From Chthoniobacterales bacterium (lineage in GTDB: Bacteria; Verrucomicrobiota; Verrucomicrobiia; Chthoniobacterales; UBA6821): DNA of 64,000 bases. Position 1 is the stretch's first letter. Every line of letters begins with the position of its first letter. Where the stretch lies: NCBI GenBank assembly GCA_049282095.1, contig JBAPTI010000016.1:11295-75294 (forward strand), in the 5' to 3' direction. Below the pieces are notes generated by a model. The model saw nothing but the letters and a program-made list of their open reading frames with translations, made no database searches and had not been told where the DNA came from. The position numbers were made by a program, and so were the translations under genes. Shown here piece by piece: positions 1-8,391 of the stretch.

Positions 1-194
1 CGGTGTTCGTCAGTAATGCGTCGTGACCAGAAACCGGCGAGGGCGTGCTTCAGCGGTTCCGGTTTTCCAATCCCCTCGTAAGGAGATCGGGTCGTGTCAC
101 GAAGGAGTTCATGAATCCTGCGAACGATCTTTTTGTCAGTCTGCTGCCAGTGGAGATAGTCATCCCATCCCTGAGGGGAGAAGAGAAGATTCAT
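1..194 (-). CDS. yoeB: YoeB/Txe-family type II toxin (partial; C-terminus runs off the window start)
   Basis: Not in the ORF track because there is no stop in the window. Hand translation of the minus strand from the ATG at 194-192 gives MNLLFSPQGWDDYLHWQQTDKKIVRRIHELLRDTTRSPYEGIGKPEPLKHALAGFWSRRITDEH..., a typical YoeB sequence. Its ATG overlaps the antitoxin stop as ATGA (191-194). Confidence 0.8.
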   Translation of the reverse strand, partial: MNLLFSPQGWDDYLHWQQTDKKIVRRIHELLRDTTRSPYEGIGKPEPLKHALAGFWSRRITDEH

Positions 195-463
195 GCGGAA
201 GGAGCCTTCTCCAGATCCTTCAGTTTTTTGGAAACCGTCTTTCCCTGATCGAGACTTTCAATGGAGTCGAGAAGGCGCCTCGCATTGGCTGGAGATCGGA
301 GCAGATAAGCGGTTTCCTGAAGTGACTCGAAGTCCTCCAGGGAGAGCATCACGACGGCCTGATCGCGGTTGCGGGTGATGATGACAGGGTCATGATCATG
401 GCAGACGCGATCCATCGTAGAGGCAAGATTTTCCCTGGCCGCAGAATAAGTGAGAGCCGTCAT
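191..463 (-). CDS. yefM: Phd/YefM-family type II antitoxin
   Basis: 90-aa ORF. MTALTYSAARENLASTMDRVCHDHDPVIITRNRDQAVVMLSLEDFESLQETAYLL is canonical YefM/Phd. It precedes and overlaps the YoeB-like ORF. Confidence 0.85.
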   Translation of the reverse strand: MTALTYSAARENLASTMDRVCHDHDPVIITRNRDQAVVMLSLEDFESLQETAYLLRSPANARRLLDSIESLDQGKTVSKKLKDLEKAPSA

Positions 464-476
464 ATGGACAGCATCC

Positions 477-482
477 TGTACA
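477..482. promoter_or_regulatory. TGTACA hexamer in the yefM 5' region (possible YefM-YoeB operator core)
   Basis: TGTACA lies 14 nt upstream of the yefM ATG (463). The same palindromic hexamer is the core of the E. coli yefM-yoeB operator repeats. Only one copy was seen. Confidence 0.25.
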
Positions 483-668
483 TTCTTTTGTTGGTCAACC
501 TGAATCCCAATCCACTCCTACAGCCTGCCAAGGTGTCGGATTCAGTTTCTAAAAGTCTTAGGTCCTTAGTCTAAAAAAAGAAAATCTCTCACCGGGGCAA
601 GACAGGCTGGGAGTTTTTATTTCCTGGCGATCGGGAGTTACATGATTGGTGTGAAAAAGGGTGGGTTG

Positions 669-700
669 CTCAATCTCCAATTGGGGATTGAGGCTTTTTT
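669..700 (+). terminator. Intrinsic terminator with no upstream ORF (orphan)
   Basis: CTCAATCTCC-AATT-GGGGATTGAG forms a 10-bp stem (one G.U pair) with a 4-nt loop, followed by GCTTTTTT. The minus strand has no T-tract after the hairpin. Confidence 0.7.
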
Positions 701-742
701 CCTGAGTTGGCTGGCCTGGCCGTTGCTTCGCAGCCGTTACGG

Positions 743-790
743 TTGAGTTCCTGATTCAAAAATCTCTGCGTCTCCGCGCCTCTGCGGGAA
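743..790 (+). repeat. ~47-nt conserved motif, copy 1 (GAGTTCCTGATTCA..ATCTCTGCGTCTCCGCGCCTCTGCGGGAA)
   Basis: Aligns by eye with 48224-48269 (GAGTTCCACATTCATCATCTCTGTGTTTCCGCGCCTTTGCGGAAA). It starts with a D-family word (TTCCTGATTC). Confidence 0.6.
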
Positions 791-884
791 CCTTCTGACG
801 TTTGTCCAAATTTTCCCCATTGCGTCTCGACATCGGGGCGCTGGGTGGATACCAAATCAAGGCTTCGATTTCTTTTCCCGACTC

Positions 885-2078
885 ATGGACCTCGACCTGA
901 TCCTTCACTTTCTGAACATCCCCTGGGTGTTCCTCCTCTGGACCACGTTCCTGAAGTCCTTCATCTTCCTGAACCTCACGATCATCGTGGTCTCGGTGAC
1001 GGTGTTCGCGGAGCGCAAGGTCAGCGCCTTCATTCAGGATCGTGTGGGGCCGAACCGCGTCGGCATCCCGCTGACCCTGATCGGCGGCAAGAAGGATTCC
1101 TTCTTCTTTGGCCTTGGTCAGATGGTCGCCGACCCGATCAAGTTGCTGACCAAGGAGAACTTCGTGCCCGGCGGTGTCAACAAGTTCTACTTCTGGCTCG
1201 CCCCGAAGTTGGTGATGATCCCGCCGATCCTGGTATTGGCGGTCCTGCCCTTCGGGAGCACGCTCTTTGGGCTCGAGATGACGATCGCCAACCTGAACAT
1301 CGGAGTCCTCTATATCTTCGCGATCGCCTCGCTGAGCGTCTACGGGATCACCCTTGCCGGCTGGGCCTCGAACTCGAAGTTCCCCTTCCTCGGCGGCATC
1401 CGCTCCTCCTCCCAGATGATCTCCTACGAGCTCTCGATGGGCCTCTCGATCATTCCGGTCTTCATGGTCTGCGGTTCGCTGAATCTCAATGAGATCATCG
1501 ACTGGCAGGTGGTGAACGGCTGGCTGGTCTCCCCCTTCTGGCCGAAGGGCTTCTCGGTCGGCTCCCTGCTTCATCCCGCCGACGCGCTCCATGCCTTTGT
1601 GGCCGGGGTGAGCCTCCAGCGTCTCCTGCTCTGGATCCCGCTCCTGATATCCTTCGTGATCTTCCTGGTCTCGATTTTCGCCGAGACCAACCGCCTTCCC
1701 TTCGATCTTCCCGAGGCCGAGCAGGAACTCGTCGGCGGCTACCACACCGAGTACGCCTCGATGAACTTCGCCCTCTTCTTCCTGGGCGAGTATGCGGCGA
1801 TGTTCGCCGGTTCCGGCGCGATCGTCTCCCTCTTCCTCGGCGGCTGGAGCTGCCCACTGATTCCTGACGGTTCCCACGGCTGGTTCTGGGGACTGGTCAA
1901 CATCGGGGTCTTCTTCGTGAAGGTCTCCCTCCTGCTTCTTTTCATGATCTGGGTCCGCTGGACGCTCCCCCGCTTCCGTTACGACCAGCTGATGAAGCTG
2001 GGCTGGCTGGGCTTCTTCCCGATCGCCCTCTTCAATATCTTCCTCACCGCCGTCATCCTCGCCCTCGTGCGCAACTGA
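885..2078 (+). CDS. nuoH: NADH-quinone oxidoreductase subunit H
   Basis: 397-aa polytopic membrane ORF with AERKVSAFIQDRVGPNRVG and ETNRLPFDLPEAEQELVGGYHTEYASM (ND1/NuoH signatures). First gene of an H-N cluster. Confidence 0.93.
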   Translation: MDLDLILHFLNIPWVFLLWTTFLKSFIFLNLTIIVVSVTVFAERKVSAFIQDRVGPNRVGIPLTLIGGKKDSFFFGLGQMVADPIKLLTKENFVPGGVNKFYFWLAPKLVMIPPILVLAVLPFGSTLFGLEMTIANLNIGVLYIFAIASLSVYGITLAGWASNSKFPFLGGIRSSSQMISYELSMGLSIIPVFMVCGSLNLNEIIDWQVVNGWLVSPFWPKGFSVGSLLHPADALHAFVAGVSLQRLLLWIPLLISFVIFLVSIFAETNRLPFDLPEAEQELVGGYHTEYASMNFALFFLGEYAAMFAGSGAIVSLFLGGWSCPLIPDGSHGWFWGLVNIGVFFVKVSLLLLFMIWVRWTLPRFRYDQLMKLGWLGFFPIALFNIFLTAVILALVRN

Positions 2079-2097
2079 CCCCAACCCACACCACGCC

Positions 2098-2628
2098 ATG
2101 GCCATCGTCGTCGAACGTCCCAAGCTGACCCTCGCGGAGAAGTTCTATCTCCCCGCCGTGCTGGCCGGTCTCGCCATCACCTGGAAGCATCTCAAGCGCG
2201 CTATCTTCAACAAGGGGATCGTGACCATGCAGTATCCCGAGGAGAAGTGGGACGCGAACATGCCCGACTGGTACCGCGGCGCCCCGACGCTGGTCGCCGA
2301 CGAGCATGGCAAGGACCGTTGCGTCGCCTGCCAACTCTGCGAGTTCATCTGCCCGCCCCGCGCGATCACCATCAAGCCGATGGAGATCCCCGAGGGGGAC
2401 AAGTGGCGCAAGGTCGAGAAACGTCCCGAGGAGTTCGACATCGACATGACCCGCTGCATCTACTGCGGTCTCTGCGAGGAGGTCTGCCCCGAGCAGGCCA
2501 TCTACCTCCGCAAGGATTACTCCATCACCGGTCTCAACCGCGCCGAGATGGTCCACGACAAGGAGACGCTCTACAAGCTGGGCGGCGTCCGCGAGGGCCT
2601 CGTCTTCAAGTGGAACGAACTGAAGTAA
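2098..2628 (+). CDS. nuoI: NADH-quinone oxidoreductase subunit I (2x[4Fe-4S])
   Basis: CVACQLCEFICP and CIYCGLCEEVCP ferredoxin motifs. Position after nuoH. Confidence 0.93.
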   Translation: MAIVVERPKLTLAEKFYLPAVLAGLAITWKHLKRAIFNKGIVTMQYPEEKWDANMPDWYRGAPTLVADEHGKDRCVACQLCEFICPPRAITIKPMEIPEGDKWRKVEKRPEEFDIDMTRCIYCGLCEEVCPEQAIYLRKDYSITGLNRAEMVHDKETLYKLGGVREGLVFKWNELK

Positions 2629-2641
2629 CCCCCATCCCCTG

Positions 2642-2746
2642 GTTAAAAAGTTAAAAAGTTGAAACGTTAAAAAGAGCCGGCCAAGTCAGCATCCAACTCC
2701 TTCCGACACTCTTTTCATCCTTCATAATTCATCCTTCATCCTTTCC
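2642..2746. repeat. Chimeric AT-rich word spacer inside the nuo operon (family-A arm + family-C arm)
   Basis: 2642-2674 is GTTAAAAAGTTAAAAAGTTGAAACGTTAAAAAG (8-nt period). 2714-2746 is TTCATCCTTCATAATTCATCCTTCATCCTTTCC (7-nt period). The two halves are not complementary to each other. Confidence 0.8.
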
Positions 2747-2753
2747 GCCCGCC

Positions 2754-3257
2754 ATGCTCCTCACCGCCTTCTGGTTCTTCGCCTCGCTGATGATCCTCTT
2801 CGGATTGAGCGTCGTGCTGCTCCGTAATCCCGTCTCCTGCGCGATGTCCCTGGTGATGTGCTTCATCAGCCTTGCGGCACTCTTCGTGACCCTCGACGCC
2901 ACGTTCATCGGCATCATCCAGGTGCTGGTCTACGCGGGCGCGGTGATGGTCCTCTTCCTCTTTATCATCATGCTTCTCGATCTCCGCACGGAGAAGTCGC
3001 GCCGCCTAAACTTCGGCGCAACCCTGGGCGGGACGCTGGTGGTGGCGGCATTCCTCTCGATCCTCGTTCAGGTCATCAACGCTGACCCCGCCCTCTCCAA
3101 GGCGCTTCCGGCCCTTCCCCCCGGGATGCCCACGGATGTGAAGATGATCGGTTTCACCCTCTTCCATTCGTTCGCCCTTCCCTTCGAGGTGGTTGGCGTC
3201 CTTCTTCTCTCGGCGACCGTCGGGGTGATCGTCCTCAGCCGCAAGTCTCTCCGATAA
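2754..3257 (+). CDS. nuoJ: NADH-quinone oxidoreductase subunit J
   Basis: 167-aa hydrophobic ORF in the J position with ...IQVLVYAGAVMVLFLFIIML... (ND6/NuoJ-like). Confidence 0.88.
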   Translation: MLLTAFWFFASLMILFGLSVVLLRNPVSCAMSLVMCFISLAALFVTLDATFIGIIQVLVYAGAVMVLFLFIIMLLDLRTEKSRRLNFGATLGGTLVVAAFLSILVQVINADPALSKALPALPPGMPTDVKMIGFTLFHSFALPFEVVGVLLLSATVGVIVLSRKSLR

Positions 3258-3275
3258 ACGAACAGCTTCCACGCC

Positions 3276-3593
3276 ATGCCGACACTCGCCAACTACCTGA
3301 TCGCCAGCGGCCTCCTCTTCGCCATCGGACTTGGCGGCGTGATGCTCCGCCGCAGCATCATCATCATCTTCATGAGCCTTGAGTTGATGCTCAGCGCCGC
3401 GAATCTCTCACTGGTCGCCTTCTCGCGCTACGGGCTTGTCTCGGGCCACCAAAACTTTGACGCGCAGGTGCTCGTCTTCTTCATCATCACCGTCGCCGCC
3501 GCCGAGGTGGCCGTCGGCCTTGCGATCATCGTCTCCCTCTACCGTGCCCGCCAGACGACCCATGTCGAGGATCTCGATACACTGAAATTCTGA
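3276..3593 (+). CDS. nuoK: NADH-quinone oxidoreductase subunit K
   Basis: 105-aa, 3-TM protein with [17 protein letters not shown] and [13 protein letters not shown] (ND4L/NuoK). Confidence 0.92.
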   Translation: MPTLANYLIASGLLFAIGLGGVMLRRSIIIIFMSLELMLSAANLSLVAFSRYGLVSGHQNFDAQVLVFFIITVAAAEVAVGLAIIVSLYRARQTTHVEDLDTLKF

Positions 3594-3625
3594 CGCCCGC
3601 CACGATCGACCCAACGTTTCCGCCG

Positions 3626-5446
3626 ATGCACCTCTCCACCATTGCCTGGATCACCCTCACGGTTCCGCTTGTAGCCGCCGCCCTGATCCTTCTGGTCACC
3701 CGCACCAGCAAGCCCCTTGCCGCCGGCCTCGCCATCCTCTCCGCGCTGATCACCGCCGTCGGCGGATGGACTCTCTTCCTCGGCGGGGCCGAAGGGACCT
3801 TCCAGGGATTCAACTGGATCGACTTCGACCACGCCTTCTCTATCCCCTTTGCCCTGGCGCTTGATCCCTTGAGCCGCACCATGCTTGTCGTGGTGACGAC
3901 CATCGCCCCGATCGTCTTCATCTACTCGCTCGGCTACATGAAGGAGGAAGAGGGATACTGGCGCTACTTCGCCGGCCTCGCTCTCTTCCTCTTCTCGATG
4001 CTCGGCATCGTCCTCGCCGACAACCTGGTGATGATGTTCATCTTCTGGGAGCTCGTCGGCGTGAGTTCCTACATCCTGATCGGCCACTTCTTCCGGAAGG
4101 ATTCCGCCGCCGACGCCGCCAAGCAGGCCTTCCTGGTCAACAGGATCGGCGACTTCGGCTTCATGCTCGGCATCCTGCTCTTCTGGATCGCGACCGGTAC
4201 GTTCACCTTCGGCGGGATCAACGAATCCTCCGCGGTCTTCATCCAGAACCCGACCCTCCTCGGTATCGCCTGCGTCCTGATCTTCTGCGGAACGGTCGGC
4301 AAGTCCGCCCAGTTCCCGCTCCATGTCTGGCTTCCGAACTCGATGGAGGGCCCGACCCCGGTCTCCTCGCTCCTCCACGCCGCGACGATGGTGGCGGCCG
4401 GCGTCTACCTGCTGGCCCGCATCTTCCCGATTCTCTCCTCCTCGCCCGGTGCCTGCGAGGTCGTTGCCGTGACCGGCGCGATCACCGCGCTCGGGGCCGG
4501 CATCCTTGCGACCCAGCAGGATGACATCAAGGGGATCCTTGCCTACTCCACCATCTCACAGCTCGGCTACATGGTCGCCGGAGCGGGACTCGCCGTCTCG
4601 GCGGCCCTCCCGATGTTCCATCTCTTCACGCACGCCTTCTTCAAGTGCCTCCTCTTCCTCACGGCCGGTTCCGTGATCCTCGGGATGCACCATGAGCAGA
4701 ACATCTGGCAGATGGGCGGCCTCAAGAACAAGATGCCGGTCACCTTCCTGACCTACTGCTGCGGCATGCTGGCCCTCTCGGGTTGCTTCTTCTTCAGCGG
4801 CCACTACAGCAAGGATCTTATCATGGCCTGCTCTTGGGAGCATCACCGCACGGTCTTCTGGCTGCTGGTGGTCGCCGCGGCGCTCACCCCCTTCTACATG
4901 ACCCGTCAGGCGCTGGTCGTCTTCTTCGGCAAGCCCCGTAGCGAGCATGCGAAGAAGGCCCACGAGTCCCCGGCCGTGATGACCATCCCGCTCGTCTTGC
5001 TCGCCATCCCGGCGGTCTGCGCCGGATATCCCTTCGTGGAGCATTTCTTCTTCCACTCGATCGGAACCCTCGCCGAGCCGGAGGTGCCGCACTGGGTCGA
5101 GATCGTCTTCGGAGCCGCCTTCTTCGTAGGCATCGGCGCCGCGGCGCTCATCTACCGCAACGTCGGCGAGAAGGATCCGATCCGCATCCCCTTCCTCGAG
5201 CATCGCTTCTACATCGACGACCTCTACTTCTGGATCGTCCGCGTCATTCAGGGTGGCATCGCCCGGATCTTCTCCTTCATCGACCGATGGTTCATCGACG
5301 GCATCCTGGTCCGCGGCAGCGCGACGGTCGTCTGGACGCTCGGCTTCGCCCTACGCTTCCTGCAGGTCGGAAACCTCCAGGCCTACGCCTTCTTCTTCGG
5401 AGCGGGCGTTGTCGGACTCATCTACCTCCTCCTCACTGTCAAATAG
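3626..5446 (+). CDS. nuoL: NADH-quinone oxidoreductase subunit L
   Basis: 606-aa antiporter-like subunit with FWELVGVSSYILIGHF and SLLHAATMVAAGVYLL. Confidence 0.93.
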   Translation: MHLSTIAWITLTVPLVAAALILLVTRTSKPLAAGLAILSALITAVGGWTLFLGGAEGTFQGFNWIDFDHAFSIPFALALDPLSRTMLVVVTTIAPIVFIYSLGYMKEEEGYWRYFAGLALFLFSMLGIVLADNLVMMFIFWELVGVSSYILIGHFFRKDSAADAAKQAFLVNRIGDFGFMLGILLFWIATGTFTFGGINESSAVFIQNPTLLGIACVLIFCGTVGKSAQFPLHVWLPNSMEGPTPVSSLLHAATMVAAGVYLLARIFPILSSSPGACEVVAVTGAITALGAGILATQQDDIKGILAYSTISQLGYMVAGAGLAVSAALPMFHLFTHAFFKCLLFLTAGSVILGMHHEQNIWQMGGLKNKMPVTFLTYCCGMLALSGCFFFSGHYSKDLIMACSWEHHRTVFWLLVVAAALTPFYMTRQALVVFFGKPRSEHAKKAHESPAVMTIPLVLLAIPAVCAGYPFVEHFFFHSIGTLAEPEVPHWVEIVFGAAFFVGIGAAALIYRNVGEKDPIRIPFLEHRFYIDDLYFWIVRVIQGGIARIFSFIDRWFIDGILVRGSATVVWTLGFALRFLQVGNLQAYAFFFGAGVVGLIYLLLTVK

Positions 5447-5464
5447 CACCATCCCTTTCCTGAC

Positions 5465-6910
5465 ATGAGCCTTCTCCTGATCCTCACGATCCTTCTGCCG
5501 CTTGCGGCATCCCTCCTCATCATGGTGGGGGCGGACCCACGTCGCACCGCGCTCGGTGCCGCCGTTGCCAACCTCGCCGCATCCCTCGTCCTCTTCTTCG
5601 CATACGACAGGATTGATGGCGGATGGCAGTTCCTCTCCGAGTGGAAGATCCTTCCCAAGCTCGGCATCAACATGACCCTCGGAGCCGACGGTCTCACCCT
5701 GACGATGCTCCTGCTTGCCACGCTCGTGACGGTCTCCGCCCTCTGGGTCGCCCCCAAGGTCGGCAAGCACGAGGGCCTCTACTACATCTCCCTCCTCTTC
5801 ATCTCGGCGGGAGTGATCGGGGCATTTGCCTCGCTCGATGTCCTCTTCCTTTACTCCTTCCACGAACTTGCCCTCATCCCGACCTTCCTCATGATCGGCA
5901 TCTGGGGATCGGGTGACCGCCAGGCCGCCGCTTGGAAGGCGACCATCTACCTCGGTCTCGGAAGCTTCGTCCTGCTGATCGGATTGATCGCCCTCTACCT
6001 CAGTATCCCGGCGGGACACCGGACCCTCGACCTGCGCGAACTCGACCAGATGGCCGCAACGGGTGCCTTCCATCCCTCCGCTTGGATCTACCTGATTCTG
6101 CTCGTCGGTTTCGGGTCACTGGTCTCGCTCTTCCCGTTCCATTCCTGGGCGCCCCCGGCCTACGCCTGTGCACCGGCCCCCGCGGCCATGCTTCACGCCG
6201 GCGTTCTCAAGAAGTTCGGTCTCTACGGCCTGATCCGCATCGCCCTTCCGATCTTCCCCGAGGCGATGCACGAACTCAACGGCCTGCTTCTTCTCCTCGT
6301 GGTCGGAAACATCCTCTACATAGGGTATGTGACGGTCTCTCAGAAACGGCTCGACTGGACCGTCGGCTACTCGAGCGTCATGCACATGGGGTACATCTTC
6401 CTTGGTCTGGCAGCGCTGAACCTGATCGGCATCAACGGCGCGGCGCTCCTGATGTTCGCCCACGGCCTCTCGGTGGCCGCGGCATTCGCCCTCTGCGGCG
6501 AAATCCGCAGCCGCACCGGAACCCTCGACTATGCGGAACTCGGCGGTCTCGCCAAGGCCACGCCCGTCCTCGGTCTCCTCTTCGGCTTCGCCGCGATGGC
6601 CTCGGTCGGTCTGCCAGGATTTGCTAACTTCGCGGGGGAAATCCTCGTCTTTTTCGGAGCCACGGCTTACGGCCCAGCGATGATCATCCCGGTCATCGTC
6701 GGAGTCTGGGGTGTCGTGATCTCGGCGATCTACATGCTCCGCGCCTACCGCAACATCTTCTGGGGTCCCATCGCGCAGCGTTGGGAGGGCCTCTCCGACA
6801 TCGGCACGGGGGCCAAGTGGAGCGTCATCCTCCTGCTCGTGCCACTCATGATCGCCGGATTCTATCCCCAGCTCATCCTGAAGATGGTTGGCACCGCCCT
6901 TCCCCGATAA
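5465..6910 (+). CDS. nuoM: NADH-quinone oxidoreductase subunit M
   Basis: 481-aa antiporter-like subunit (FHSWAPPAY..., GYSSVMHMGYI), in operon order. Confidence 0.92.
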   Translation: MSLLLILTILLPLAASLLIMVGADPRRTALGAAVANLAASLVLFFAYDRIDGGWQFLSEWKILPKLGINMTLGADGLTLTMLLLATLVTVSALWVAPKVGKHEGLYYISLLFISAGVIGAFASLDVLFLYSFHELALIPTFLMIGIWGSGDRQAAAWKATIYLGLGSFVLLIGLIALYLSIPAGHRTLDLRELDQMAATGAFHPSAWIYLILLVGFGSLVSLFPFHSWAPPAYACAPAPAAMLHAGVLKKFGLYGLIRIALPIFPEAMHELNGLLLLLVVGNILYIGYVTVSQKRLDWTVGYSSVMHMGYIFLGLAALNLIGINGAALLMFAHGLSVAAAFALCGEIRSRTGTLDYAELGGLAKATPVLGLLFGFAAMASVGLPGFANFAGEILVFFGATAYGPAMIIPVIVGVWGVVISAIYMLRAYRNIFWGPIAQRWEGLSDIGTGAKWSVILLLVPLMIAGFYPQLILKMVGTALPR

Positions 6911-6934
6911 CAGCCACCCGTTGACCTGCTTCCC

Positions 6935-8377
6935 GTGAATACGCTTCTCCTCGAAATCGCAGTCGTCGTCCTCGGCATCGTGCTCCTCCTTGTGGAGGCC
7001 TACTCGAACCGCGCCAACAAGAACTACCTTGCCTACACCGGTGCGGCCGGCCTCTTCGGCGTGCTCGTCCTGAGCTTCTTCCCGATGCACCCCCCGGCAG
7101 CGGGATCCCCCTCGGCCGCCTTCATCACCCACGATGTCCTCTCGGTATTCTTCGTCCGCTTCACCCTGATCGCCACGATCGTGACCCTGCTCATGATCCC
7201 GGGTTACCGGCCCGTGCTGGAGCGTTACCTTCCCGCCGAGCGCGCGGGCGGAGGTATCGGCGAGTTCGCCATCCTTCCCCTCTTTGTCTGCGCCGGACTG
7301 ATGTGGATGGTCTCCTCTATCGACTTCATCATGATCTTCGTCTCGCTGGAGCTCGCGACGATCACCCTCTATATCCTGGCGACCTACCTCCGGCAGAACA
7401 CCGCCTCGCTGGAGGCCGGCACCAAGTTCCTGATTCTTGGGGCCCTCTCCACGGGATTCATCGTCTACGGCATCTCCTGGATCTTCGGGACGACCGGCAC
7501 CACCAATCTGCTCGCTCTTCCCGCCGCCATCCAGGCGCTTCCCGAGAGCGCGCTCACGCCCCTTCTCTTCGGGATCGCGATGATCCTCGTGGCCCTGAGC
7601 TTCAAGATCTCCGCATTCCCCTTCCAGTTCTGGGTTCCCGATGTCTATCAGGGTGCCCCGACGCCGGTGACATCCTATCTCTCCGTTGCCTCGAAGGCGG
7701 CGGGGTTTGTCGTCCTCATCCGCCTGCTGGTTGTGCTCGGTACGGTTCCCGCGATCTCACACAAGATCCATGCGGTGATCACCCTGCTGGCGGCCCTGAC
7801 GCTGATTTTCGGCAACTTCGCCGCGATCCCTCAGACCAACATGAAGCGCCTGCTCGGATATTCGAGCGTCGCCCACGCCGGTTACCTGCTCATGGCGGTG
7901 GCCAGTCTCGGCTCGAAGATGGCGATCCCCGCCATCGGATTCTATCTCGCCGGTTATCTGGCGATGACCATGCTGGCCTTCGTGGTCCTGACCGTCGTCT
8001 CCGAGGTGACGGGTGGCGACGAGATCTCCCGCTTCAACGGCCTGGGCCGCCGTTCCCCGCTCCTCGCGGGTGCCATGTTGCTTGCCAGCGCCTCCCTGGC
8101 CGGTATTCCTTTCACGGCCGGATTCATCGGTAAGTTGCTCATCTTCGAGGTCGCCATCAATCAGGGCCACTACGGGCTCGTGGCACTCGGTTGCGTCACT
8201 GTTGCCGCCGGCTTCTACTACTACTTCAAGGTGATCCGCGCCATGTACTGGCAGCAACCCGCCGAGGAGACGCCCATCCGTGTCACCTTCACGGTGAAGC
8301 TCCTCATTGCGGTGCTCGGAGCCGGCATCCTCGCCTTCGGCATCTACCCGGCGCCGCTCCTTTCCGCGCTGCGCTGA
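6935..8377 (+). CDS. nuoN: NADH-quinone oxidoreductase subunit N (GTG start)
   Basis: 480-aa antiporter-like subunit (FPFQFWVPDVYQGAPTPVTSYLSVASKAAGF, LLGYSSVAHAGY). Last gene of the cluster. Confidence 0.92.
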   Translation: MNTLLLEIAVVVLGIVLLLVEAYSNRANKNYLAYTGAAGLFGVLVLSFFPMHPPAAGSPSAAFITHDVLSVFFVRFTLIATIVTLLMIPGYRPVLERYLPAERAGGGIGEFAILPLFVCAGLMWMVSSIDFIMIFVSLELATITLYILATYLRQNTASLEAGTKFLILGALSTGFIVYGISWIFGTTGTTNLLALPAAIQALPESALTPLLFGIAMILVALSFKISAFPFQFWVPDVYQGAPTPVTSYLSVASKAAGFVVLIRLLVVLGTVPAISHKIHAVITLLAALTLIFGNFAAIPQTNMKRLLGYSSVAHAGYLLMAVASLGSKMAIPAIGFYLAGYLAMTMLAFVVLTVVSEVTGGDEISRFNGLGRRSPLLAGAMLLASASLAGIPFTAGFIGKLLIFEVAINQGHYGLVALGCVTVAAGFYYYFKVIRAMYWQQPAEETPIRVTFTVKLLIAVLGAGILAFGIYPAPLLSALR

Positions 8378-8391
8378 TCTGCTGATTTCCC

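Noticed and set aside
756-2123. 455-aa minus-strand ORF antisense to nuoH. Similar long antisense ORFs occur at 3539-4378, 6116-7132, 22840-24114, 32110-33327, 36262-37629, 41912-42982 and 52978-53886.
   Set aside because: They are Arg/Gly/Glu/Asp/His-rich low-complexity translations with no motifs. They lie exactly opposite well-supported genes, which is typical of shadow ORFs in GC-rich DNA.
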